Shown: positions 42,075 to 51,785, counted from the stretch's first letter. The stretch: 64,000 nt of DNA from Bacteroidota bacterium (GCA_037131555.1 JBAXQU010000006.1:753-64752); one strand, 5' to 3'. Numbers and translations: made by a program. Notes: a model not told the origin generated them from the sequence alone.

Positions 42075-43316
42075 ATGCACGTAAAATTTTTTTTAAGAGA
42101 CATCAGCAAAGAAGGAGCTTATTCCAAAAAATCAAAAGAACATTTGGTAAATGCCTACTTCACTTATCATGGGCAACGTATCCGTTTGTCAACTAAGTTA
42201 AGAGTAAATAAAAATGATTGGAATGAAAAGAGAGAGGAGTTTCGAGGCTTCGGGGATGATGTGGCAACAAAGAATGCTACACTAAAAAAAATTCGACAAA
42301 AAGCGGATGGAGTTTATAATACCCTTATGTCTAAAGGAATTCCATTGACAGCTAACATTGTAAAAAAAGAAATTCTAAAAGAAATTTTTCCTGAAAAATA
42401 TGTCAAAACAGAAAAGGTTTACAATTTATTTAATTTTTTAGAATGGTATATTAAAGAAAATCCGAATAACGTAAAGCTTGGGACAATGAAGGCTTATATG
42501 CAGTTAATACCATTGCTTAAAGACATTTCAAAAAAAGAAGGAGACTTGTTTTTAGAATTTGAACAAGTAACTAATCCTTGGGAGTCTGCCTTTAAAACAT
42601 TTCTTATTAATAAAGGTCATGGAAAGAACACAATCGGAAGGCATATAAAAAATATTAAATCTCTAATGACATTGGCGTATAAGAAAAAATTGCACACTAA
42701 TACCGAGTACAGAGAATTTAAAAAGACATCAGAAGAAACCAAAGCAATTTATTTAACTGAAGAAGAAATTCTTTCAATATATAACACTGACTTGCCTTCT
42801 CACTTAGTAGAGGCGAGAGATGTTTTTGTTTTCTCCTGTTTAACTGGGCTCCGATTCAGTGATACCATAGCTTTGAGAAAGTATAATTGGAAAGGAGATT
42901 TTCTTGAAATCACAACAATAAAAACGGAAGACGCACTAAAAATACCACTTCGAAAAACAGCTAAAATTATTTTAGAAAAGTATAAAGGACAAATACCTTA
43001 TTTTTATAATCAAAAATATAATCGTCAGATAAAAGAAATTTGCTCAATGGTTGATTCTCTCAAAGTTGATGAAACATATACTATTACAAAAGGCTCTAAA
43101 CGAAAGGAAATTGTAATAAAGAAATATAAACTGGTACAAAGCCATACAGCCAGAAGAAGCTTTGCAACAAATGAATATAAAAGAGGTACAAAAACTGCAA
43201 TTATAATGGCAGTAACAGGTCACAAATCGGAACGTGACTTTTGGACATACATCCGATTAAAACAAACGGAGAAAGCTGAAGATTTATTTGAAGATTTTCA
43301 AAAAAGAGATTTTTAA
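42075..43316 (+). CDS. Tyrosine-type site-specific integrase
   Basis: C-terminal catalytic residues ...GLRFSD...HTARRSFAT...GHKSERDFWTYIRL (R, H-x-x-R, H, Y). N-terminal SAM-like domain. Confidence 0.9.
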   Translation: MHVKFFLRDISKEGAYSKKSKEHLVNAYFTYHGQRIRLSTKLRVNKNDWNEKREEFRGFGDDVATKNATLKKIRQKADGVYNTLMSKGIPLTANIVKKEILKEIFPEKYVKTEKVYNLFNFLEWYIKENPNNVKLGTMKAYMQLIPLLKDISKKEGDLFLEFEQVTNPWESAFKTFLINKGHGKNTIGRHIKNIKSLMTLAYKKKLHTNTEYREFKKTSEETKAIYLTEEEILSIYNTDLPSHLVEARDVFVFSCLTGLRFSDTIALRKYNWKGDFLEITTIKTEDALKIPLRKTAKIILEKYKGQIPYFYNQKYNRQIKEICSMVDSLKVDETYTITKGSKRKEIVIKKYKLVQSHTARRSFATNEYKRGTKTAIIMAVTGHKSERDFWTYIRLKQTEKAEDLFEDFQKRDF

Positions 43317-43325
43317 TTACTGCAT

Positions 43326-43658
43326 TTATTGCCTAATAAATGTAGGTTTTTCGGCTTTGTAATTTCTTAATGATTGTACAAACTGCTCCACATGATAAAC
43401 TTTATATCTACCTTGTTGGATAGAATGAAAATAGTTTTGTTTTTTACACTTGTGGAATTTATTCCGACTAATTTTATATTCACCCAATAAATCTTCCATG
43501 TGCATGTATTCTTTATTCGCACTCAACTCTGACATTAGTGCAAGCTCACGCCTTATAACATCCTTTACAACTTCTTTTAATTCTTCCAAAAAGTCATCTT
43601 TTATTTCTTTCTTCAATTCGTCTTTTAAAATGTCTAATACGGTTTTCCAAGAATTCAT
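43326..43658 (-). CDS. Excisionase-like / HTH DNA-binding protein
   Basis: A 110-aa protein convergent with the integrase. MEDLLGEYKISRNKFHKCKK...GRYKVYHVEQF resembles the HTH_17 excisionase pattern. Confidence 0.45.
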   Translation of the reverse strand: MNSWKTVLDILKDELKKEIKDDFLEELKEVVKDVIRRELALMSELSANKEYMHMEDLLGEYKISRNKFHKCKKQNYFHSIQQGRYKVYHVEQFVQSLRNYKAEKPTFIRQ

Positions 43659-43711
43659 TTGTTTTATTTAATTTAGTTTTTATTTTATTTACTTCCCTTT
43701 GGTAACAGTAA

Positions 43712-43960
43712 TTAGTTTAGTTCAAACCAGTCAGGGCACGAAAGGTGCTCTACTTTTAGGAAGTGGGTTTCGCTCAACTCCAAACAAATATTAATGAGCT
43801 CTTCATCCCCCTTACATGCACAGGCAATTGTCTCTTCCTCTTGTATAGTGGGGATACATACAATAAAATAGTCATAGCCAATTTTCCGTACTTTTTCTTT
43901 AAATGATTCAAAATTTAACTCTTCCTCTCCAACGATTATTGTTTCAAAATTCTTTTTCAT
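43712..43960 (-). CDS. Hypothetical protein (82 aa)
   Basis: ORF only. Lies 19 nt downstream of the Gp37/Gp68 gene on the same strand. Confidence 0.4.
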   Translation of the reverse strand: MKKNFETIIVGEEELNFESFKEKVRKIGYDYFIVCIPTIQEEETIACACKGDEELINICLELSETHFLKVEHLSCPDWFELN

Positions 43961-43979
43961 AATTTTTTTGATTTAATAT

Positions 43980-44741
43980 TTAATTTTTTATTATTGGCAT
44001 TGCTCGATAAATTTTACCATTTAACTCACACCCTCCCTTAGCATAGCTTGGGTTTCCCTTTATCATTGTAGGGTCGTTAGGATTTGGGTTAAATTGCTTT
44101 TTGCCCCATTGTTTAAAGAAGAATTTAACTTTCTGTTTTGCACACTGTCTCTTTATATCGACAACCCATTCCTTCTTTAATGGTCTCGCTCCATGCCCAG
44201 ATTCTCCACCCGTAATTACCCAGTCAATCCCTTTAAGGTTTAAGTTTGAAAGTGGACCTAAAAGAGGTTCAAGCGAAAGGAATTTTATTTTCGCTCCTGA
44301 CTTTTTTAAATACTTCAGACGCTCTACAACCCGCTCATCTTCTATGGACACACCCATCCATATATTGTTTGTCCAGGTTAATTCTGAACTGATTTCAGCC
44401 AACCTCTTTGCCCTTTTGGTCAATATCTGGTAGGTGTGCTGAGGAGTAGCGTTCATAGTTAAAAACACTTGTTTGATAAACTCTAATGGTACATCTTCGT
44501 GAAAAAGGTCGCTCATAGAATTTACAAAAACTACACTTGGCTTTTTCCAAGTAAAAGGTCTTAACAGCTCGTCTTGATGAATAGTAAGTTTAAATCCGTT
44601 TTCATATTTTTTTTGTCCCATATATTGCAGCCTTTTGGACATTACTAAGGCATAACACAGTTTGCAACCAGCTGAGATTTTTGTACAACCTGTTGTTGGA
44701 TTCCAGGTAAAACCTGTCCATTCGATACTTGATTTACTCAT
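43980..44741 (-). CDS. Phage Gp37/Gp68 family protein (DUF5131)
   Basis: N-terminus SSIEWTGFTWNPTTGCTKISAGCKLCYA is the hallmark of this family. Confidence 0.85.
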   Translation of the reverse strand: MSKSSIEWTGFTWNPTTGCTKISAGCKLCYALVMSKRLQYMGQKKYENGFKLTIHQDELLRPFTWKKPSVVFVNSMSDLFHEDVPLEFIKQVFLTMNATPQHTYQILTKRAKRLAEISSELTWTNNIWMGVSIEDERVVERLKYLKKSGAKIKFLSLEPLLGPLSNLNLKGIDWVITGGESGHGARPLKKEWVVDIKRQCAKQKVKFFFKQWGKKQFNPNPNDPTMIKGNPSYAKGGCELNGKIYRAMPIIKN

Positions 44742-44874
44742 AATTTTTATTTTGTTTTTAATTAATTAGGACTACTCCTTTTCGTCCTTCCAGTTATTAT
44801 ACGTTAGTGGCAGTTGGACATAACTATAAAATAAACGCATTAGTTTTGTCCAAGACACCGAAGGGACTATTGCC

Positions 44875-44908
44875 AAATAAAAAAGGTGAAACCTTTACGA
44901 TTTCACCT
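44875..44908 (-). terminator. Rho-independent terminator after the 306-aa gene
   Basis: Minus strand reads AGGTGAAA-tcgtaaagg-TTTCACCT followed by TTTTTT. Confidence 0.6.
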
Positions 44909-44932
44909 TAAGATAATGAGCGATGGGAAGGA

Positions 44933-45853
44933 TTATTTATTTCTACGATTTATTATTTGTTTAACTCGGTCAGCATATACTTGAGTTAATTTGGATTTAT
45001 CAAATCTTGCTTTGTTGTCCATATAACTTCTCGGTGGAAATATTTTAATTAAACTAAAAACATGTCCTATTATTCCGTGCCTATTATTAGGAATTTTCAT
45101 TCCCATCTCAATCAACAGGTCATTCAGACTATTAGCATATTCTTGTAAAATCATACTCTCCTTTACAGAACTCTTTTTATAAGTTTTTAAGAATGTTTCA
45201 CAATCATTTTTTACATCACTTAAAAATATTTTAGAATTCATGTTTGAATTTAATGGAAAATGTTTTCTGAAAAAACTTTCAAATATCAAAAACAGTTCTG
45301 TAGAAAAAATGGTTGACTTAGAGGAAATTCCAACACCCGTTTGAATAGTTATTTTTTTTATTTCAAAAGGGTTATAATCTTTTTGATTAATTTCCTCAAT
45401 CAAATTTATGGATTTGACCAATTTTTTTGCATACTCTTTTTTATTTTCAAATTCTCCTTCTTCCTCATGCTCCCGCATATAAAGATAGCTCCTGTTAAAT
45501 GTATCAATACGAAGAGCAGCATGACATAAATTAGCTACAGATTTTTCGTCAAAATTCCCATCCGAATCAGAAAGTAGACGTGCGATTGAATAATAAAAAT
45601 CTTTTTTTATTTCTTGCTTAAAATCATTATCATCCTCAATTGAAATTTCTGTTTCATACATTTCTTCTTCTTGTGTTTCATTCGCTGAATTACCATTCGC
45701 ACTTTTTTCATAAGCAAGAAACAATTCATACAATTCAAAATCGAGATACGAGTTATCATTAATCCCTATTTCTGGGTAATTGATATATTTATCTATCAAG
45801 CTTCTGTCCGATACAATTTCTATTAATTCTTCTCCAAAATTATTTGTTGTCAT
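44933..45853 (-). CDS. Hypothetical protein (306 aa, acidic N-terminal half)
   Basis: Long ORF with its own terminator. No recognisable domain. Confidence 0.5.
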   Translation of the reverse strand: MTTNNFGEELIEIVSDRSLIDKYINYPEIGINDNSYLDFELYELFLAYEKSANGNSANETQEEEMYETEISIEDDNDFKQEIKKDFYYSIARLLSDSDGNFDEKSVANLCHAALRIDTFNRSYLYMREHEEEGEFENKKEYAKKLVKSINLIEEINQKDYNPFEIKKITIQTGVGISSKSTIFSTELFLIFESFFRKHFPLNSNMNSKIFLSDVKNDCETFLKTYKKSSVKESMILQEYANSLNDLLIEMGMKIPNNRHGIIGHVFSLIKIFPPRSYMDNKARFDKSKLTQVYADRVKQIINRRNK

Positions 45854-46023
45854 TGTTTAAGATAAAAGCGGTTACCTCATTATTTTCACTCGTTGTATTT
45901 TAGTTAATCTTTATAAAAGGCATTAATTTCGTATGGGATTTGGTTCGATTTGGTTCGCAAATATCCGCAAATTATTCGTTATTGACTCCGATTAGCCTTT
46001 ACTTGTAAGGAATAATCAATCAT

Positions 46024-46827
46024 TTAAAACTTAAAGTGTCGTTTCGCTTCTCTGAAAACATTTTCATATTTTGGCAAGTCGTGAATTTGTGATGCAAGTT
46101 TATTTTCCCAATCACGCTTGAATGCGGCTTCTTTACTTAAAACTTTTTTTGCAAAATCTTTTGGGTTATGTTTTTTTCTTATTGCTTTGTTATGAAAAGG
46201 GATTGTATGGTCCGCAACTTTTATTCTTTCGATTTCTGTTAAATACCAGAAGTCGTATAGGTCTCTTGGTTCTGTTCTGCCCATCAATGCTGCCATTTTC
46301 TCTATTAACACTTCGGATAATGAATAACAGGACAATTCGAAATTTTCTCCAAGGTCAGAATAATTTCTATAAATTGATTTACTCATAACATCTGTTTCTA
46401 AAACCTCCCCTCTGGTAATATCAATCTTTAAATCTCGACTACCCATACCACCTTTTAAGGGTCCAACATAATCAATGTAAAATTGTGGACTTCCTGTTTC
46501 GTGTATCATCCATTTCTTGTCATCTATCTGCATTTCAATATTTGCTTCTTCTTTGATGAAATCAAAAAGATTTTTAAACTCGCCTCGAATTTGTTCATTG
46601 GAAATAGCTTCATCTACAATCGTGAAATCTAAATCTTCAGAGAAACGATAATCCTCAATGTATGCTTTCTTTAATACCGTACCACCTTTAAAAACTAAAC
46701 AGTTGTTTAGAATTTTATTTTTTGAAATCGCATAAAGCACCCAAGACAAAATGTAATCTTTCTCAATCTGTCTATCGCTTACTCTGTTTACAGTAGCTAC
46801 TTTATTTAATTCTTTAGGTTCAATCAT
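46024..46827 (-). CDS. AbiEii/AbiGii nucleotidyltransferase toxin (type IV TA / abortive infection)
   Basis: DYILSWVL...LVFKGGTVLKKAY...RFSEDLDF is the family signature. Confidence 0.85.
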   Translation of the reverse strand: MIEPKELNKVATVNRVSDRQIEKDYILSWVLYAISKNKILNNCLVFKGGTVLKKAYIEDYRFSEDLDFTIVDEAISNEQIRGEFKNLFDFIKEEANIEMQIDDKKWMIHETGSPQFYIDYVGPLKGGMGSRDLKIDITRGEVLETDVMSKSIYRNYSDLGENFELSCYSLSEVLIEKMAALMGRTEPRDLYDFWYLTEIERIKVADHTIPFHNKAIRKKHNPKDFAKKVLSKEAAFKRDWENKLASQIHDLPKYENVFREAKRHFKF

Positions 46828-46828
46828 A

Positions 46829-47656
46829 TCAACTAAAAATGGGTGAAAGGATAGAGTCGCTGTCTATGTTTTGTTGTATAGCCCAACGGAAAATTGTTTT
46901 TCCCTCTTTCGGATAAGTTGGCTCTAATAAAACAAAGGAATTCGTTCTCAACCTTTGTAATTGCTCAATGATGGGATGTTTAATTTCCAAAATTTCTAAA
47001 ATAAATCCTAATCTCTTTATAACTGCCTGTGATTTGAATTGCTCTGCATATTCAAAAAGCTTTCTGTAATCAATTTTATCTTTCGACTTGTAAATTGCTT
47101 TTACAATTTCTGTTATTCCACCAGCATAGCTGGGCTTGAACAAACAATCAATAAGTGTTTTCTCCAAATCAGAACATTGAACTTTGTTGAAACTATCAAT
47201 CCATGTTTTTTTATTTCCAAAAAAATGTTCTTCGTTGTGATAAATAAATTGAAAAGGAATGTTCTTTATTTTAAGTGCTGATGGCTTTATTTGTTTGCTC
47301 ACAACAATTTGTTCTTTCAAGTTTGGTTGTGTTGTTAAACTATGAATTTGAAGAGCGGAAAAATATCCGATGTAATAATTTGCATCACCAACCAAATATT
47401 GCGAAAGCAAATGCCAGTCGGGCATAAATGTTTTTGCATCTTGCTCAAAAGGAATGATGTAATAAACACCATCTTTTATTCGCATAAGCAAACCTCTCTT
47501 GGTCATATCACTTAATAATTTTTTTACTGCATCAGGATTTGAGTTCGGAAGAAGTTTATTTGCCTTGTCAATACCAAAGCAAAGTAACCCTGCTTGATTT
47601 AGTTGGTCAAGTAGTTTATTTGCCTGAAATGAAAGATTTTTATCTTTTATAGCCAT
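46829..47656 (-). CDS. AbiEi family antitoxin / transcriptional regulator
   Basis: Its stop is 1 nt from the AbiEii start. The N-terminal wHTH ...KKLLSDMTKRGLLMRIKDGVYYI is typical. Confidence 0.8.
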   Translation of the reverse strand: MAIKDKNLSFQANKLLDQLNQAGLLCFGIDKANKLLPNSNPDAVKKLLSDMTKRGLLMRIKDGVYYIIPFEQDAKTFMPDWHLLSQYLVGDANYYIGYFSALQIHSLTTQPNLKEQIVVSKQIKPSALKIKNIPFQFIYHNEEHFFGNKKTWIDSFNKVQCSDLEKTLIDCLFKPSYAGGITEIVKAIYKSKDKIDYRKLFEYAEQFKSQAVIKRLGFILEILEIKHPIIEQLQRLRTNSFVLLEPTYPKEGKTIFRWAIQQNIDSDSILSPIFS

Positions 47657-47792
47657 TTAGTGAGTTTTAAACTCACCACAAAGATACGAAACATAAATGA
47701 CATAGTGTCTTTCGGTTTCATTTTATTCTTTGCTTTGATAAGGAGTTCTATAAATCTTAATTTTTAAAAAGAAGTTCAAACAGAAAAATAAA

Positions 47793-49163
47793 TTAAAGTA
47801 AATTAATTTTTTTTGTAATCTTAACCATTCCGAATGTATCTAATTGACAATATTCAAGTAAATGTTTTCGTTGTTCTTTTTGTGTTTCCTCTGACTGATT
47901 CTTCAACTCCGAATAAATTAAACTTGCGCTACCACCATCCTGTATTGTCAAATCACCATAAGTTAATTCTGGAACAAGTACAGGTAATACCTTTTTTATT
48001 GAATACGATTCATTAAAATCTGGATGATAAAATTGCTTCTTTCGGAATGGAACCATAAGGTCAACAACTCGTTCAATCACATGATAAATTTGAGTTTCGT
48101 ATTGTGGGAAATCTCGTCCAAGTTCCTTCAAACGGCTTATCTCAAAGGTTTGATTCCAAACAATAATGCTTCCTTTGTTTCCGAGTGAAGAGAGCAAACC
48201 CTTTATTAACAATTCTCTTGGGTCATTAGTTCCATCTCCGAGAAATTCTTTGTGTTCCAATTCTGAATTTTTATTCCTTTGAATATGTAAAGAATATTGA
48301 AATGGGATTTGCTGATAAGGTCTGCTATTATTGAATTCAGGGACAGCTGGCATTATTGTTTCAAAGTCAAAATAGAATAAAGGGTATTGAAATTCGCTAA
48401 AAAATTCTTTCAAGTACTCTTTATTTATATACTCTTCAAGGTCTGAATTTCTTTCTTCCACTTCAACATTTTTCCAACAATAGTCAGAAAAGTCGCAAGG
48501 ATAAGGTTTGTCGCACTGGTCTCCCACTTCAATGATAGGTTCTATTCTGTCGGAAATCACTTTCTTTAGTTCTACAATTTTTGTTTCAATAAATTCCTGC
48601 TGCGCTTTTACTTGTTCGTGAATTGTTTGCTTTGTAAATAATTCCTGAACATTAATTTCTCCTCTCCGAACATATTGATTATTCAAGTGAACAATAAATA
48701 TATCTTCAAGTTTTATTCCTGATTTTATTATTACAAAGTACTGCAATGCAGCATCAACAATATGTTGCGACTTAACCCCCGTTGTTCCTTTTACTTCAAA
48801 AGCATACCATTTATTATCTTCTTTTACAAGAACATCAATCGCACATAAAACACCATCATAGTTAAAACACGCTTCATATATGATGTTTACGCCTTCTTTA
48901 ATTAATTGCTGAGTTTTCTCAACAGAAAGATGATATGAAAACGCATCAGGTGGTTCAGCATTAATACCTCCTGGAAAAAGTCCTTGAGCCAACAAACCAA
49001 CATTTGTTCCTGAAGAAAAAATTGATTGTTGGGCTTCATCTTCAGGATTTCTCAACTCAGGTTTGAACTTATGTAGATACAGTCGTTTCGGACATTGGCA
49101 GCCGTAAACGAATGTGGATTTTGACAGTATGTGTTTAGTGTAATTCATTAACTTATTTGACAA
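47793..49163 (-). CDS. DUF2779-type protein: Cas4/RecB-like PD-(D/E)xK nuclease with Fe-S cysteines plus a DEDD-like exonuclease domain
   Basis: N-terminus LSKSTFVYGCQCPKRLYL. The Cys cluster is CDKPYPCDFSDYC. The C-terminal half has FYFDFETIMPAVP (a D-x-E exonuclease-like motif). Confidence 0.75.
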   Translation of the reverse strand: MSNKLMNYTKHILSKSTFVYGCQCPKRLYLHKFKPELRNPEDEAQQSIFSSGTNVGLLAQGLFPGGINAEPPDAFSYHLSVEKTQQLIKEGVNIIYEACFNYDGVLCAIDVLVKEDNKWYAFEVKGTTGVKSQHIVDAALQYFVIIKSGIKLEDIFIVHLNNQYVRRGEINVQELFTKQTIHEQVKAQQEFIETKIVELKKVISDRIEPIIEVGDQCDKPYPCDFSDYCWKNVEVEERNSDLEEYINKEYLKEFFSEFQYPLFYFDFETIMPAVPEFNNSRPYQQIPFQYSLHIQRNKNSELEHKEFLGDGTNDPRELLIKGLLSSLGNKGSIIVWNQTFEISRLKELGRDFPQYETQIYHVIERVVDLMVPFRKKQFYHPDFNESYSIKKVLPVLVPELTYGDLTIQDGGSASLIYSELKNQSEETQKEQRKHLLEYCQLDTFGMVKITKKINLL

Positions 49164-49268
49164 AGATAGTTTGTTTTGTTCTATCCTTATAGGTTAAAGA
49201 ATACAAAATAAAGAATTGAGACAAGTAAATATTCTCTTGTATCAGTTGATAATCCAAGTGTTTTAGGA

Positions 49269-50021
49269 CTAAATATTGTTTTGAATTATTTCATTTGTTT
49301 GAAGTGCTCTGTTTAATAACATCAGAACGTTGCTTGGTCTAAATTGTTTTCCACGGCTACTCCTGAAACCCTCTGAATTCAACTTGTCTGCAATTTGTTG
49401 AAGAGTACTACCTGAATTGCGAAGAAGTATAATATATCCAGAAGCCTTTCTATTGTTATCGTTTAAGCTTGCCAACTCCTTTCTTCTGTCTTTACCTTTT
49501 TTTATATTCTCTTCTGTTAATCCATGTTTACTTGTATCACGTTTGAATCCTCTGTCTTTAAGGGCTTTTAAGGCTGCCTTGGTTCTTTCAGAAATTCTTA
49601 ATAATTCTTCTTCGGCTAAACTTGTTTTAAGTTTTACAATAAAAGCTGTATCGCTTGGAGCATCAGCAAATTCAAAGGTTATACCACTCTTGAGTAAAAA
49701 TTCCATAAGTAAAGAATACCTCGTTAATCGAGAGCTTTCCTTCGCTACTATTATAGCTCCATTAGTTTCAGCTAATTTTAAAGCACTAAGAAGAAGTGGA
49801 CGTTTTGATAACAAACTTTCAATGCTTACTTGTTTGTCAACCGAGATTTTATCTTTTGAACCAGCGGTTTCAACTTCTGTGAAAGAATCAATAATTTCTC
49901 CACCGACATTCTTGACAAAAAGTTCAACAGATGATTTTTGAGATTCCAAACCGAGGTGTGAAATATTTTGTTTGACGGTTGAGACTCTATAATAAGATAT
50001 GTATTTTTTGATTTTTACCAT
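49269..50021 (-). CDS. Small serine recombinase (resolvase/invertase family)
   Basis: YYRVSTVKQ catalytic Ser motif, with a C-terminal HTH (STLQQIADKLNSEGF). Confidence 0.85.
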   Translation of the reverse strand: MVKIKKYISYYRVSTVKQNISHLGLESQKSSVELFVKNVGGEIIDSFTEVETAGSKDKISVDKQVSIESLLSKRPLLLSALKLAETNGAIIVAKESSRLTRYSLLMEFLLKSGITFEFADAPSDTAFIVKLKTSLAEEELLRISERTKAALKALKDRGFKRDTSKHGLTEENIKKGKDRRKELASLNDNNRKASGYIILLRNSGSTLQQIADKLNSEGFRSSRGKQFRPSNVLMLLNRALQTNEIIQNNI

Positions 50022-50056
50022 TTTTCCAATATTAACTACGAACGTTATTATAATTG

Positions 50057-50086
50057 TATAGGTTTGCTTTTCGGAAAAAAAGAAAG
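50057..50086 (-). promoter_or_regulatory. Island promoter-like element, copy 1 (variant), upstream of the serine recombinase
   Basis: In gene orientation: TTTCTTTTTTTCCGAAAAGCAAACCTATA, 35 nt from the ATG. Confidence 0.5.
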
Positions 50087-50106
50087 AAAGTTTGAAAATT
50101 GAACAA

Positions 50107-50134
50107 TAAAAAAAGCAGCAATTAATTTTGCTGC
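50107..50134 (-). terminator. Rho-independent terminator after the 166-aa gene
   Basis: Minus strand reads GCAGCAA-aattaa-TTGCTGC followed by TTTTTTT. Confidence 0.6.
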
Positions 50135-50162
50135 CCTTTAAAAAATGTATTTTCTTTTGAGA

Positions 50163-50663
50163 TTAAAGTAATCTGAATTTTAGGTCCCTGAGATATTCTG
50201 TTCCGACAAGAAATCCTATTGGCTTTTTTCCGAAATCGGAAACAATATAAATAGTAACCATCCCTCTTTGCTTATCAAGATAATTAAAACCTTTTTTGAT
50301 GATTGTTCGAAAGTGGATGCTCTTTCTTAGATACACAATATCATCCTGTGTTATATTCCTGTTCAAAGTATAAATCGCAAAAACAATTAAGTCTGGTGAA
50401 ATCAACGCAATGGCATTATCCAAAGCTTTCTCTGCCTCATTTACGTTTGAATACCAAAAGATTCTCTCCTCTATCGTTTGAAAAAGGAACTCTGCTTCCT
50501 TCCTGGTCTCGAACTTTATTCTACCAAAACTCCGAGTCTGATTCACCACATCTACAAAGTACTCTCCGTCAGCAATGATAAGCATTACACATAATTCTCC
50601 TCCATAATATATCTTTGATTTTTCACTAAGAATTGTAATTGTCTCTTCCTCCTTCATAACCAA
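50163..50663 (-). CDS. Hypothetical protein (166 aa)
   Basis: ORF that overlaps the upstream DUF2958 gene by 10 nt, suggesting an operon. Confidence 0.5.
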   Translation of the reverse strand: MVMKEEETITILSEKSKIYYGGELCVMLIIADGEYFVDVVNQTRSFGRIKFETRKEAEFLFQTIEERIFWYSNVNEAEKALDNAIALISPDLIVFAIYTLNRNITQDDIVYLRKSIHFRTIIKKGFNYLDKQRGMVTIYIVSDFGKKPIGFLVGTEYLRDLKFRLL

Positions 50664-50998
50664 TACTTAATTTCATCGTACACATCTTTCAGTTTTATTT
50701 GTGCAATTGGAAAGTGCTCATCACGCACAATTCGCAAACCAAATGGGAGCTTCAAATTCGAAAGCTCATTCAAGGAAATCATTTCCAAGTTTGCAAACAA
50801 AGCATCACCCTTATTCGTAAAAGATAAATATCTATCTGCCTCAAAGTGTTCATATAGATACCAACAAGCCGAGCCTAAAGGGTTATAGAGCTTGCAAATA
50901 ATTTTTATATCACTTTGCCCTTTACCAGTTGCTGTCCCCTGTAAATTAAAAGCTTGCTCAATCTCTTCTGAAATCAAGTGTCTTAAATGTTGCTCCAT
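50654..50998 (-). CDS. DUF2958-like protein, common on conjugative elements
   Basis: KLYNPLGSACWYLYEH...LEMISLNEL...FGLRIVRDEHF follows the DUF2958 pattern. Confidence 0.7.
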   Translation of the reverse strand: MEQHLRHLISEEIEQAFNLQGTATGKGQSDIKIICKLYNPLGSACWYLYEHFEADRYLSFTNKGDALFANLEMISLNELSNLKLPFGLRIVRDEHFPIAQIKLKDVYDEIKYWL

Positions 50999-51015
50999 AA
51001 TTTTAATTTTTGGAT

Positions 51016-51045
51016 TATAGGTAATGGATTCCGAAAAAAAGAATC
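51016..51045 (-). promoter_or_regulatory. Island promoter-like element, copy 2
   Basis: In gene orientation: GATTCTTTTTTTCGGAATCCATTACCTATAA, 17 nt from the ATG at 50998. Confidence 0.55.
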
Positions 51046-51129
51046 TAAATGAGTCCCAGGACTCTTAATTTAGAAAATTCACAAGAGATAAAAATGAATT
51101 AAATTTGTAGTTAAACTAAGTCGAAAAAA

Positions 51130-51774
51130 ATGAAAAAACAAAAAGTAGTATACGAATACAAAGTAAAGACAATTGACTATCTAAAAGCTCTCGCACAATA
51201 TCCAAATTTTTTGAAATTAATAAACATTGAAGATAAGCCGTACAAAGAGATAATTGAGTGGGTGCTACAAAAAGAAACCAGTCTTCAGGATGATTCCTTT
51301 GTAACACCTTCTGTTAAAACACTTTCAGAAGAAATCGGCATGGACTATGCTAAAGTCACCAAGTATCTAAAATATATTTATTTTGAAATAATTGATTTGA
51401 ACAATAAACATCCAGAACTTTTTGTTAGGCAAGGCCAAATGAAGTGTTACTTTGGTTTTAAATATTTTGAATCGTCTCACACTTTTATTTTAGGGATGGA
51501 TTATTTACCCCGAATAGAAGAGCATTTCACCTTTAATTTTATCAATCCAATATTAGGAAATTCCAGCTTTTATGTTCAGCAAGTTTGGCATGACTATGAA
51601 CATTCAGGTCATAGTGTAATATTTACTATGGTTCCACGATTACCTTATAAATATATGGCTTTGCTCAAAGAAAAAGCATACTTGAATAGAGATATATCAT
51701 TTCATGAATTCTATGATTTTGAACGTAATTCTGAGCTCGAAGAAAAACTTCTGAAGCTTTACAAAACCTTATAG
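51130..51774 (+). CDS. Hypothetical protein with a possible N-terminal HTH
   Basis: SVKTLSEEIGMDYAKVTKYLKYIY looks like a helix-turn-helix. It is one of only two plus-strand genes in the small-ORF block (the other is ArdC). Confidence 0.45.
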   Translation: MKKQKVVYEYKVKTIDYLKALAQYPNFLKLINIEDKPYKEIIEWVLQKETSLQDDSFVTPSVKTLSEEIGMDYAKVTKYLKYIYFEIIDLNNKHPELFVRQGQMKCYFGFKYFESSHTFILGMDYLPRIEEHFTFNFINPILGNSSFYVQQVWHDYEHSGHSVIFTMVPRLPYKYMALLKEKAYLNRDISFHEFYDFERNSELEEKLLKLYKTL

Positions 51775-51785
51775 GTACTGTTCTT

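Noticed and set aside
41846-42196. 116-aa and 67-aa plus-strand ORFs and a 62-aa minus-strand ORF upstream of and overlapping the integrase start
   Set aside because: They lie in the AT-rich att / promoter region, overlap each other and the integrase gene, and show no domain signal. The region is better explained as regulatory DNA.
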